Of a stretch of 64,000 bases of DNA, positions 1 through 8,521 are shown one piece after another (within the stretch, counting starts at the first letter, position 1; every line of letters starts with the position of its first letter). The notes under the pieces were generated by a model. That model was given only the letters and a program-made list of their open reading frames with translations. It was not told the DNA's origin and did no database searches. The DNA lies in the IMG/VR virus record IMGVR_UViG_3300013105_000843, positions 32,001 to 96,000 of that record, one strand, 5' to 3'. The DNA comes from a virus. Taxonomy: Duplodnaviria; Caudoviricetes. A program made the position numbers and the translations under genes.

Positions 1-214
1 GCCGGCCGCAGGTTGCCTGCCTTGTGCAGGACGATGGGCTGGCCAACCTTGCCATCGAGGCGATGGCCTCGCTCGCGCTGCCGCTCCTGGAATCGCTCGC
101 GCTGCCGCGCCTGGCCGCGCGGGGTCCCCGCAGCATCGTTGCAATTGCGAGGCATTCAGCGGCATAAAGTGCCTATACCTCCATGGAATTATTCAACGTG
201 GAGGTCATAGACAA

Positions 215-607
215 ATGCTGAAACTGAAGCACATCAACGCCCTGAACCGTTTTGCCCTGCTCTACGGTTACGGCTGGCGTCGTCGACTGCTGGCGTCGCT
301 GGAACACGGCGAGGAGATGCCGGCGCGCACCTCAGAGCATGACGCGGGGTTGCTGCGGGAGCTGTTTGCCACCGCCGGCAAGGGCCTCATCGAGAAGTTC
401 AAGCCGCTCGAGGGCGGGTACGGGAAGGTGGCGTATCTGCGCAAGGACCACATGGAGCGTTTCAACACGCTCCGCGCGTGGGTGGTGAACGCCTGGCGGT
501 TGGTGGACGCCGACGGCAGGGACATCATTCAGCCGTGGTCGCACACGAGGACGGAGGCGCGCAAGACGGCGGGCGCCAACAGCATCTTCCTCATCGAGGA
601 CATCTGA
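215..607 (+). CDS. hypothetical protein
   Basis: 130-aa ORF, GGAGG upstream, followed by a terminator hairpin. Confidence 0.6.
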   Translation: MLKLKHINALNRFALLYGYGWRRRLLASLEHGEEMPARTSEHDAGLLRELFATAGKGLIEKFKPLEGGYGKVAYLRKDHMERFNTLRAWVVNAWRLVDADGRDIIQPWSHTRTEARKTAGANSIFLIEDI

Positions 608-646
608 GGTAGTCAAGCGGCGCGTGCCGTATCACAACTCCATGCA

Positions 647-680
647 CGAGGGCGAACCACTGGTTCGCCCTCTTTTTTCT
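647..680 (+). terminator. intrinsic terminator
   Basis: GAGGGCGAACC-act-GGTTCGCCCTC followed by TTTTTT, between convergent genes. Confidence 0.75.
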
Positions 681-702
681 TCCGGGTCGCGCTTACCTCG
701 CG

Positions 703-1128
703 TCAGGCGCTCGGCCACTTACCCGGGGCAGGCACTTCGCACGGGCCTTCGACGCCGATGCTCGTGAAGTCGGCCGGGCCGACGATTTCGAGATATTCCA
801 TGTCGGGCGAGTAGTCGAACAGGAAGTGGCGGATGCCCGGACGCTGGTGGACGCAGTCGCCCGCCGCGACCAGCGTTTCCTGGTCTTCGTACATGAATCG
901 CGCCCAACCCTTAAGCATGTACACGATGTGGAATTGCGCGCCGTGGATGTGCCAGCCGGTGCCGTGTTCCGGCGCCTCGTTCGCTCGCACCAGGTGCGCG
1001 ATGACCTTGCCGTTGGTCGCCTTCGCGATACCCAGGTCGCGGTACACGAAGAAATCGCGCAGGCCGCCGGCCACGAACGGGGTGCTGTCGGTCTTCACGT
1101 GGGAAAAAGTTGTCGTCTCTTCAGCCAT
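703..1128 (-). CDS. cupin domain protein
   Basis: GWHIH...FHIVYMLKGWARF...GDCVHQRPGIRH cupin motifs; start taken at MAEETT. Confidence 0.8.
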   Translation of the reverse strand: MAEETTTFSHVKTDSTPFVAGGLRDFFVYRDLGIAKATNGKVIAHLVRANEAPEHGTGWHIHGAQFHIVYMLKGWARFMYEDQETLVAAGDCVHQRPGIRHFLFDYSPDMEYLEIVGPADFTSIGVEGPCEVPAPGKWPSA

Positions 1129-1214
1129 TTTTGAGTCTCTCTGTTGGGGCGGCTTGTCCAGCCAGGATAACCGGGGCAAATCATCGGTTCGCCCGCCTTC
1201 GGTGTCCGTCCGTG

Positions 1215-1853
1215 TCACCCGCCGTTGACCAGGACACGCAGGCCAGCGGCGAATTCGTTCGCGCCGCCGTTGGCCGGATGCCGAATCTGGCCGGCGGTAC
1301 GAATGTCCATCCGGTGCAGGAGCTGCTCGGCCTTGCGTCCTACCGCCACGACCTTCGCGTGCGGGAAGGCCTGCACGAGCACGGCCATCGCGGCACGACC
1401 CAGCTGCAGCTCCGAGTCGGTCGGCGTGCGGTTCGAGTCGGGGTCGCCAGGTTTGAACGGGTGCATCGGCAGCGCGTTCCAGAGGACGGTGCGCTCGGCT
1501 ATCCCGAGGTGTTTCAGCGTCTTCCAGACAATGGTGGCGCTCGGCTCGCTGTACGGCAGGCGGCGCGTCGTCAGCCGGCCGGCGGGAACCGGCACGCGCG
1601 GAATCGCGCCGTCAAGCAGGAGCCGCTCGCTCGTGAAGGCGATGGCGCTGCGGCGCATCCCGAGGTAGCCGCTTGCTTCCCCCACCACCAGGAATTCGGG
1701 GTGGCAGTCGAAGTGGGCGGCCAAGCGCGCGAGCCGCGCGTTCGCGTCGTTGAGCGCCGTGTCCCCCGGGCACGGGTCCAGCCAGGGGTTGAAGAGCCCC
1801 GGCGTGCCGGTGGGCAACGTCGAGACGAGCCTGTCTACGAGCGCGCGTGCCAT
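1215..1853 (-). CDS. uracil-DNA glycosylase superfamily protein
   Basis: LVVGEASGYLG..SAIAFTSE, SEPSATIVW, WNALPMHP, NRTPT and IRHPANGG motifs. Confidence 0.8.
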   Translation of the reverse strand: MARALVDRLVSTLPTGTPGLFNPWLDPCPGDTALNDANARLARLAAHFDCHPEFLVVGEASGYLGMRRSAIAFTSERLLLDGAIPRVPVPAGRLTTRRLPYSEPSATIVWKTLKHLGIAERTVLWNALPMHPFKPGDPDSNRTPTDSELQLGRAAMAVLVQAFPHAKVVAVGRKAEQLLHRMDIRTAGQIRHPANGGANEFAAGLRVLVNGG

Positions 1854-1864
1854 GCTGCCCTCGC

Positions 1865-2773
1865 TCAGAAGCGAATCGTGACCGCCACGCCAACTTCGCG
1901 CGTACGGCTCTTCGATTCAGTCATCGCGTTCGCGCCGCTGGACGACACGTGCCACATGCGCGCGTACGGCGTGAACACCAGGTCACGGCCGCCGCTGTGG
2001 TACGTGATATCGACCGCCGCTTCGGCGCCGAAGCCGTGCTCGCTGACACTGGCGCCGTTACCGAGGTCAGAATACTGCCGGCCAAGAATGATGTGGCGGT
2101 ATTCGAGCCGCGGCGTGACCGTCCAGGCTTGCGCGAAACGGAACGGACGCGCGACGCCCAGGCTCGCGTAGACGCGGTGATTACGACGGAAATACTGGCC
2201 CGACCGGGCAACGCCTGAGTCGTCGAGCATCCGGTAGCCCACCCCGACGAGCAGCGCGGTCTGATAGAAGCCCGTCTGCCACTTGTAGCGCGCGTCGGCA
2301 ATGAGCATCGAGCGGTCCAGGCCGTCGACGCTGACCGAATGCTCCGGCGCGCCCGCGACCGGGCCGGAATAGCTGCTGGTGCCGCGGAAGTACGACACGC
2401 TGCCGGCAATCTCGTCACCGTTATGCAGCGTCTGCGCTACGCCGAGCTTTACGCCCGGCAGCACGGCTTCATACTTGTGCTGGCCATCGGCGCCGTCCGT
2501 CTCGTAGGATTCGTGCTCGACCGCCGCGCCGACTTCGACGCGCAGGCCAGGGGTCACCGATGCCGCAGCCGACGTCGGCGTGGGCGTGTCCGGGATATCC
2601 AGGTTCGAGGCCGGCCAGTCCTTCAGCGGGGCCTTCTGCCAGACCGGCTCCGAAGGTTGCGCCTGCTCGGGCGCGGGATACGAGCTGAAAGTAAACGTCG
2701 ACCCCTCGGCGAAGGCCGAGCCGGCGGACAGCAGTGCGGCCGCGGCAGCCGCCGCGATTGCGAGCTTCTTCAT
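1865..2773 (-). CDS. secreted outer-membrane beta-barrel protein
   Basis: Signal peptide (MKKLAIAAAA..AFA), alternating amphipathic strands, C-terminal Phe (VTIRF). Confidence 0.7.
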   Translation of the reverse strand: MKKLAIAAAAAAALLSAGSAFAEGSTFTFSSYPAPEQAQPSEPVWQKAPLKDWPASNLDIPDTPTPTSAAASVTPGLRVEVGAAVEHESYETDGADGQHKYEAVLPGVKLGVAQTLHNGDEIAGSVSYFRGTSSYSGPVAGAPEHSVSVDGLDRSMLIADARYKWQTGFYQTALLVGVGYRMLDDSGVARSGQYFRRNHRVYASLGVARPFRFAQAWTVTPRLEYRHIILGRQYSDLGNGASVSEHGFGAEAAVDITYHSGGRDLVFTPYARMWHVSSSGANAMTESKSRTREVGVAVTIRF

Positions 2774-2850
2774 GTACAGTCCTCTATCGTGTATGGTGCC
2801 TCATAGACGGATGCACGCCAGATGGTCGTCGCCCGCCGCGGAGTAGCAGT

Positions 2851-2879
2851 AATATACGTAGAAATAGCATATTCGTCAA
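2851..2879 (-). promoter_or_regulatory. sigma70-like promoter for barrel-UDG-cupin genes
   Basis: TTGACG-17 nt-TATATT on the minus strand. Confidence 0.6.
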
Positions 2880-2940
2880 CGCGAAAGCGAAAATTTTGGT
2901 TTGGAGCCCGTGGAGTGGCTGATGTTCGAGGCATGAGATA

Positions 2941-2969
2941 TTGTCTTGTTGCAATATAATAGGTATACT
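2941..2969 (+). promoter_or_regulatory. sigma70-like promoter for the RNase H operon
   Basis: TTGTCT-17 nt-TATACT. Confidence 0.55.
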
Positions 2970-3029
2970 AATCTCGCCTCAACCTATCTCAATCCGGCCT
3001 GAGGGCCATTCCGAGCGGGGACTTTACCG

Positions 3030-3437
3030 ATGAATCCAGTCATGGCGGCGCTGGCGCCGTTCTGGCACGCGTGGCGGGTGCTCACGTTCAGACACACCGC
3101 GAAGGGCCTGCCGACCAAGGTCAATTTCGACTTCATCACGCTCGCCGCCTTGGGCGCGGCTATTGGCACCGCGCGGTGGAGCATCGGCAATCACAGCATT
3201 CCGCTCGTCACGTTGCTGAGTTACTGCTTCTGGCCGCTCGTCTTCTGCCGGACCATACCTGTCCCTCGCATGGTCGTGGTGCTTCTGGCACTCCTGGGCA
3301 CCGACCTCATCGCCCTCGCGCTGGCGCTGTGCGGGCTCGACACGTCGAACGGCCTCCTCTACAGGGTATTCCTCGTCTGGAATGTCAGCGCCGGCATCGT
3401 CGGGACACGCAACATCGACCAGGCGAAAAAATCATGA
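3030..3437 (+). CDS. small membrane protein
   Basis: Several hydrophobic segments; stop overlaps the next start (ATGA). Confidence 0.6.
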   Translation: MNPVMAALAPFWHAWRVLTFRHTAKGLPTKVNFDFITLAALGAAIGTARWSIGNHSIPLVTLLSYCFWPLVFCRTIPVPRMVVVLLALLGTDLIALALALCGLDTSNGLLYRVFLVWNVSAGIVGTRNIDQAKKS

Positions 3438-3961
3438 CCACCTCCTCTTCCATTGCCGTGAGTTCCAATCGGCTAGCCGGCAGGCCCAGCGGGTCGTGCG
3501 CGTATGCACGGTCTGCCGGTGCGTACACGGTCTACACCGACGGCGGCTGCCGTCCAACCAACCCGGGGCCGGCCGGATGGGGCATCATCGTCGTCGACGG
3601 TGGCACGGTCATCGAGGAAGCCGGTGGATTCATCGGCCACGGCACCAACCAGATAGCCGAGCTTGAAGCAGCCATCCAGGGGCTGCGCCGCACGCCGGAA
3701 GGCGCGACCGTCGAGCTGGTGTCGGACAGTGAGTACGTGCTCAAAGGTCTGTCGGAGTGGCGGCGTGGATGGGAGGGTCGAGGCTGGCGCACGGCCGCTG
3801 GCAAGCCGGTCGCAAACAAGGACCGGTGGCAGCTGCTGTTTGCGCTGGCGGACAAACGCACCGTGCGAACGCGCTGGGTGAAGGGGCACAACGGGGACGC
3901 CTTCAACGAACGCGCCGACGGGCTGGCCACCAAGGCCATCACGACTCGGGAAGGAGCCTGA
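3434..3961 (+). CDS. rnhA: ribonuclease HI
   Basis: YTDGGC..NPGPAGWG, TNQIAEL.A, SDSEYV, WVKGHNG..NERAD.LA; all acidic catalytic residues present. Confidence 0.92.
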   Translation: MTTSSSIAVSSNRLAGRPSGSCAYARSAGAYTVYTDGGCRPTNPGPAGWGIIVVDGGTVIEEAGGFIGHGTNQIAELEAAIQGLRRTPEGATVELVSDSEYVLKGLSEWRRGWEGRGWRTAAGKPVANKDRWQLLFALADKRTVRTRWVKGHNGDAFNERADGLATKAITTREGA

Positions 3962-3962
3962 G

Positions 3963-4496
3963 ATGGGCTGGAAAAATGTCAAGGAACACTACCGCATCGG
4001 ACATATCGTCCGAATGAGCGGGGAAGAAATTCACGTCGGCTCGCCCTACATCTCCGATATTCTGGTAATCAACCAGAAAGGCGAACTGCTGAAGCGCTAC
4101 GACGGTTGGGATGAAGACCTGGCGCGGTATCAGCGCGAAATGGAAGCGGACCCGCAGCGGCTGCGCCAGCTGATTGAAGCGCCCGACACGTTCGGAAGCC
4201 TGACCACCGTGTACACCTACGCGGGTGCGGAGATTATCGAGAAATTCTGCGAGGCACCGGGTTGGCCAAACGTCACGAGCGACGGTGAATTGATGTATGA
4301 CAATGCGTTCTCCACCGACAAGCAGAAGGTCGTCTTGTGGGCGAAACGGTACGCATCTTCAGGGGCGGCCCACTATCGTCGTGATATCGCGGCGGTCGAG
4401 CTGCAGCTCCAGACTTTGAAGACGCGGCTTGCCGAGTGCGAATCGGACCGAGCCGCGCTTGACGCCCGCTATCCGAACGTCTTCATCGAGAACTGA
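3963..4496 (+). CDS. hypothetical protein
   Basis: 177-aa ORF immediately after rnhA with GGAG RBS; C-terminal coiled coil. Confidence 0.7.
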   Translation: MGWKNVKEHYRIGHIVRMSGEEIHVGSPYISDILVINQKGELLKRYDGWDEDLARYQREMEADPQRLRQLIEAPDTFGSLTTVYTYAGAEIIEKFCEAPGWPNVTSDGELMYDNAFSTDKQKVVLWAKRYASSGAAHYRRDIAAVELQLQTLKTRLAECESDRAALDARYPNVFIEN

Positions 4497-4640
4497 CATG
4501 GGTGAAGCGAAACGACGCGGCACGCGAGCAACGCGTGGCCAGCGCGCCGCCGCGTGAGCCCAGGATGGGTGCAGAGGAGCGCCGCCGCATGCACATGGAA
4601 GTCATGAGCCAAGTGCTCGCGCAGGTGCTGACGCCAGTCC

Positions 4641-4823
4641 TTACTGCCCTGCAGCCGCGCTCTCGAGCCCCGATGCCGAAGGCAGAGCAAGAATAGCGTT
4701 GCCGCGCCAGCGGATGACGAGACTGGCTGGCCGCGCGTCGGCGAGCAGCACGTGGTGCCGGCCGGGTGGCATCAGCATTGACATCGAAAGGACCAGGGCC
4801 AGGGCGATACGGGTGATACACAT
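4641..4823 (-). CDS. small hypothetical protein
   Basis: 60-aa ORF with AGGAGG RBS at 4829-4834. Confidence 0.4.
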   Translation of the reverse strand: MCITRIALALVLSMSMLMPPGRHHVLLADARPASLVIRWRGNAILALPSASGLESAAAGQ

Positions 4824-4918
4824 TGCAACCTCCTGTTGCGAATGAAGTTGCTTCGTGTAGCCCGGCTTTTTAGTCCCCCTACTGTGACCCTGGTTATTCG
4901 TGGTCTCGATGCAGACCC

Positions 4919-5170
4919 CTACTTCTCAATCACCACGAGCTGGCTGCGCGGCAGCCATTCGGTTCCGTTTCGCGGCCAACGTACGAGCACCTGGCCAAAC
5001 GAACCCACTTCAACGACGACGCCATCGCAATTGACGGGGGCGCCGAAGCGTACGTGGTTGACGCGCGTACCCGGCGCGATAGGCGGAACTGGTTCGGTGA
5101 ACCACGACAGGATACGGGCGAGAAGGAAGCTCACGGCTGACTCCAGACTTGGGGTGGCCGTATAGCGCAA
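4919..5170 (-). CDS. small SH3-like hypothetical protein
   Basis: PGTRV..V....GVVVEV...VLVRW pattern. Confidence 0.45.
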   Translation of the reverse strand: MRYTATPSLESAVSFLLARILSWFTEPVPPIAPGTRVNHVRFGAPVNCDGVVVEVGSFGQVLVRWPRNGTEWLPRSQLVVIEK

Positions 5171-5234
5171 TCACGTTGGCATGAGCAAAGTTTCTCGGGA
5201 AATCGAACAGTGGGCCCGCGGACCTAACGAAAAT

Positions 5235-5507
5235 TTATCCGGATTGTTCTGTGGTCGGGCCGCCTCGGCGGACCAGCTTGAGGTTTGGGTGCTGGTTCGT
5301 CAGCAGCAGGAAAAATTCCCAGGTCGCGAGGGGTATCGCACGATGGTCCGCGCTGTCCAGCGACGCTTCGTAACGCTGCCAGGTGCGGTAGCCTTTCGAG
5401 CCGGCATCGGATACCAACTGACTGGCTTCAGTTTGAGATAGACCGGCCGCCTTCCGAGCAGTCCTGACTTGCTCGGGAGATGGCTGCGGCAGCTTATTGC
5501 GCTTCAT
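5235..5507 (-). CDS. XRE/KorC-like helix-turn-helix regulator
   Basis: PSPEQVRTARKAAGLSQTEASQLV...RTWQRYE...IPLATWEFFL. Confidence 0.75.
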   Translation of the reverse strand: MKRNKLPQPSPEQVRTARKAAGLSQTEASQLVSDAGSKGYRTWQRYEASLDSADHRAIPLATWEFFLLLTNQHPNLKLVRRGGPTTEQSG

Positions 5508-5562
5508 GATGTGCGGGCAGCGTGCGTTCTCGCGTCGAACGACATCTGCTAGGCTCCCGGTC

Positions 5563-6054
5563 TCAGTCGGACACTGCGTCGGTGGCGCGGGCACAAGCTG
5601 CGCCGAGCCTGGTAAATTCCGCTTCGTCACCTATGCGATGTACGACGCCTTTCTTGACCAGGCCAGCGACGGCCCGGCCTTCCGTGTGGTCGATTCCCAC
5701 TCGCTTGCCTGCCTCGAGCTTCCCTTCGGCCGCTTCGAGTGCACCGCGCACGAACGCTTGCTCCCCTGGCGACAGCTTGACCTTTTTTGCCTCGAGAGTC
5801 AGAAGCACGTCCTCAATCGAGCCTTGGTCGTGTACGCTCTTGGCCCACGACGCGAAGGTCTCGAGGCTCACAACTGCTATCTCGCCGATACGCGACTTCA
5901 TCGCGCGCGTCTTGTAGTCGTACTCTTGCGTCTGTTTGGCGGCCAACAGCTTGTATTTCACGCGCAGCGGCCCTCCTTCGATAGCAAGCACTTCACGCAC
6001 GCCCTCTTTAGCGTCGTGGTAGTACTTTCCAACCTGGATTTCATTCACCTTCAT
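5563..6054 (-). CDS. hypothetical protein
   Basis: 163-aa ORF in a co-oriented run. Confidence 0.65.
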   Translation of the reverse strand: MKVNEIQVGKYYHDAKEGVREVLAIEGGPLRVKYKLLAAKQTQEYDYKTRAMKSRIGEIAVVSLETFASWAKSVHDQGSIEDVLLTLEAKKVKLSPGEQAFVRGALEAAEGKLEAGKRVGIDHTEGRAVAGLVKKGVVHRIGDEAEFTRLGAACARATDAVSD

Positions 6055-6065
6055 GATTTTTCTCG

Positions 6066-6293
6066 TTAGGAGTGCTGAGCCCAGCGGTAAGCCGCGTGAC
6101 GAAACAACGAGTATTCCAACACCTTTCTCGCCTCCTGCTTACCGATGCCCGCGTAATCTGCAAGCTCGACACCGAGGCGACGGACCACTCCGTCAGGGAG
6201 AACAGCCTGCTCGTCGAGCACCTTCAGCTCGCGAATTGCAGCCTTCATGTCGGCATCGGATATCGCATCCAGAAATTCGGTAACGCGTGTCAT
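6066..6293 (-). CDS. hypothetical protein
   Basis: Start at MTRVTEF with AAGGA RBS. Confidence 0.55.
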   Translation of the reverse strand: MTRVTEFLDAISDADMKAAIRELKVLDEQAVLPDGVVRRLGVELADYAGIGKQEARKVLEYSLFRHAAYRWAQHS

Positions 6294-6312
6294 CGGGATT
6301 ATTCCTTGTGGG

Positions 6313-6573
6313 TTAGAGAGCGTCTCGCACCGCACACCGCAGGTCAAACAGCCAGCCCTTGATGTCAAAGTCAGCACGATACTGACAGTGCGCCAGCAAG
6401 ATAGTGTCTGCTGCAATGCTGATGCGGCCCTCGTCCTGCGCATCCAGCGCTTCTTGGGCCTGCTGAAGCCAGCTCGCGGGCGCTTCAGGTACCTGCCCGG
6501 GTTGCTCTTGAGCTGTGAGAACCGCGCATCGCAGCGCATCTTCTACCGATACGTTATGTGCCATTTTGCGCAC
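6313..6573 (-). CDS. hypothetical protein
   Basis: 86-aa ORF directly downstream of a promoter. Confidence 0.5.
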   Translation of the reverse strand: MRKMAHNVSVEDALRCAVLTAQEQPGQVPEAPASWLQQAQEALDAQDEGRISIAADTILLAHCQYRADFDIKGWLFDLRCAVRDAL

Positions 6574-6602
6574 CTGATTTGGGTGATTCCCGGATGACTC
6601 TC

Positions 6603-6631
6603 AAAATACGCCCAATAGGCGTATTTGTCAA
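6603..6631 (-). promoter_or_regulatory. sigma70 promoter with overlapping palindromic operator
   Basis: TTGACA-17 nt-TATTTT; inverted repeat AAATACGCC-caata-GGCGTATTT at 6604-6626. Confidence 0.65.
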
Positions 6632-6700
6632 GTGAACTGACCTCCCAACATGGAAATCCAGATACCAAAAAAGAAGCCCGCAATTGCGGGCTCCAGAGAG

Positions 6701-7273
6701 TCATTCGCTGTAGAAACAGCGTGCACATACCTGCTTGTAGGTGACGTCGCCAATGAGCACTTGCGGCCCTTGCCGGACCCGCTGGCCACGCTCGTCGACG
6801 CGCATGTTCATCGTGGCCTTGGAGCCGCACGCACACACGTTTTTCAGCTCCTCGATGTCTTCCGACAGGGTGAGCAGCATGGCCGAGCCTGCGAACGGCT
6901 TGCCCTGGAAATCCGAGCGCAGGCAAAAGCACAGGACGGGTACATCGAGCTGATGCACGGCACGATGGAGCTGCTGCACCTGCTCGACGGTCAGGAACTG
7001 CGCCTCGTCGATGAGCACGGCACCCAGCGCATCCCCAGCCTGGTCGCGAAATGCGACGACGCGCGCGAACATATCCACGCCGGCATCAAACACTTCCGCG
7101 TCCTTGCTCACGCCAAGCCGCGAAGTGATTTTGCCCACGCCGAAGCGGTTATCTATCTTCGCCGTCAGCAGCAGCACCTGCTTGTTGAGTGCAGCATAGT
7201 TGTGCTCAATCTGCAGCAGTTGCGTGCTCTTGCCGGCGTTCATCGCCGCATAGCGCGTGTAAAGCTTGCTCAT
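6701..7273 (-). CDS. tdk: thymidine kinase
   Basis: AMNAGKST P-loop, LIDEAQFL, LRSDFQG.PF.GS, C.CG.KATMN.R and YKQVCARC zinc site. Confidence 0.95.
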   Translation of the reverse strand: MSKLYTRYAAMNAGKSTQLLQIEHNYAALNKQVLLLTAKIDNRFGVGKITSRLGVSKDAEVFDAGVDMFARVVAFRDQAGDALGAVLIDEAQFLTVEQVQQLHRAVHQLDVPVLCFCLRSDFQGKPFAGSAMLLTLSEDIEELKNVCACGSKATMNMRVDERGQRVRQGPQVLIGDVTYKQVCARCFYSE

Positions 7274-7288
7274 GGTGACTCCAGTGAA

Positions 7289-7597
7289 TCAATATGCGAC
7301 GTCTCGTTGCTGGTAACGCCGCACGTGCTCGGGATTGGCCGGGTCGAACGGCACCTCGGTGATGAAGTAGAACGCACGGTTCACGAGGTGATAGCCTTGG
7401 GCAATGTGGAACTTGCCGTCGTTGACGAGCATCGTCCAGACCGTTTCCGGTGCGTACTTCGAGGTAGCCAGCACCTGGTCCAGGTCCTGCCCCATGGCCT
7501 CAAACCGCGTGACCTCGCCCGAAGCCGGATGCTTGCGCGGATTCTTGATGGGATGAAACGTGTCCACCCAGATATCGTATTGCGTGCGTCGTGTCAT
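7289..7597 (-). CDS. hypothetical protein
   Basis: 102-aa ORF with AGGAG RBS. Confidence 0.65.
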   Translation of the reverse strand: MTRRTQYDIWVDTFHPIKNPRKHPASGEVTRFEAMGQDLDQVLATSKYAPETVWTMLVNDGKFHIAQGYHLVNRAFYFITEVPFDPANPEHVRRYQQRDVAY

Positions 7598-7733
7598 GTC
7601 CTTCTCCTGTGTCCTTGGGTTGAGCCACGAAGCGTGGCGGTACTACGCTCCCGTATAGCCACGCCGCCAGGAGACCCGCGAACGGCCAAAGAAAAACCCG
7701 GGCAGAAGCCCGGGCTGGAGCGAGATGATACCG

Positions 7734-8486
7734 TTATGCCACCTTCTTCTCCGGCGCCGGCAGCGTGAGGAAGTCGGAAATCTGGTGGATGTACACTTCG
7801 GCGCCGCGAATGACAAACCCGTCCACCCGATGGCGCTGCACGTTATCAAACTTGAACACCTTCGACGAAGGCAGGCGCGTCTTGAACAGCTCGCATAGCG
7901 CATGGCGGCTCGCGTCGCAGTCGGCCAGAGCCCACTCACGGTCGTCTTCGATGAGCACGAAGCCGCGCTCGCGTAGGCTGTCGTACCAGCAGTCCTTGCG
8001 CTCTTTGTCCGTCACGGGGGTGTCCGAGTCAATCAGCCGGAAATCGCCGAACATACTGCAGCTGAAGTTTACTTTGCAGACGTACTCGCCGAACGCAATG
8101 TCGGAAATATGCCCGAACCCTTCGTGGCGCCACCACCGCCGTAGCTGTTCGGCCATCTGCTTCAGGCTCATCTGGGTCACTTCAGGAGCCTGCACGTTGC
8201 CGAGCTGCGCTTCGAGTTCGCGGATGCGTTCGTTTGCCTGGCGCAGCTGAACGTAGCGCTGGTCACGCTCCTGCGCGCTATCAGTCTCGATTCCCAGCGT
8301 CTTGCAGAGATACGCCAGCTCGAACTCGGCCACCTTCACGCAGTTGGTTGCCAACTCCGCGTTGATAGCCGTGCCGTCCTGGATGATGCCGAAAATCGTG
8401 CCGACCGCTTCGCGGACTTGACGGATTTGGCGCAGCGCAACCGCGTTCTTGTCGCGCGAAAGCTTGAGTGTCTGGTTAGAAGACAT
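7734..8486 (-). CDS. hypothetical protein
   Basis: Start at MSSNQ with AAGGA RBS; terminator-like hairpin at about 7690-7715. Confidence 0.7.
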   Translation of the reverse strand: MSSNQTLKLSRDKNAVALRQIRQVREAVGTIFGIIQDGTAINAELATNCVKVAEFELAYLCKTLGIETDSAQERDQRYVQLRQANERIRELEAQLGNVQAPEVTQMSLKQMAEQLRRWWRHEGFGHISDIAFGEYVCKVNFSCSMFGDFRLIDSDTPVTDKERKDCWYDSLRERGFVLIEDDREWALADCDASRHALCELFKTRLPSSKVFKFDNVQRHRVDGFVIRGAEVYIHQISDFLTLPAPEKKVA

Positions 8487-8521
8487 GATGGTGTCCTTTA
8501 CGTTGAGGGATGTGTCCTGCC

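Noticed and set aside
4835-4915. Riboswitch upstream of the 60-aa ORF
   Set aside because: No match to an aptamer consensus I can recognise.
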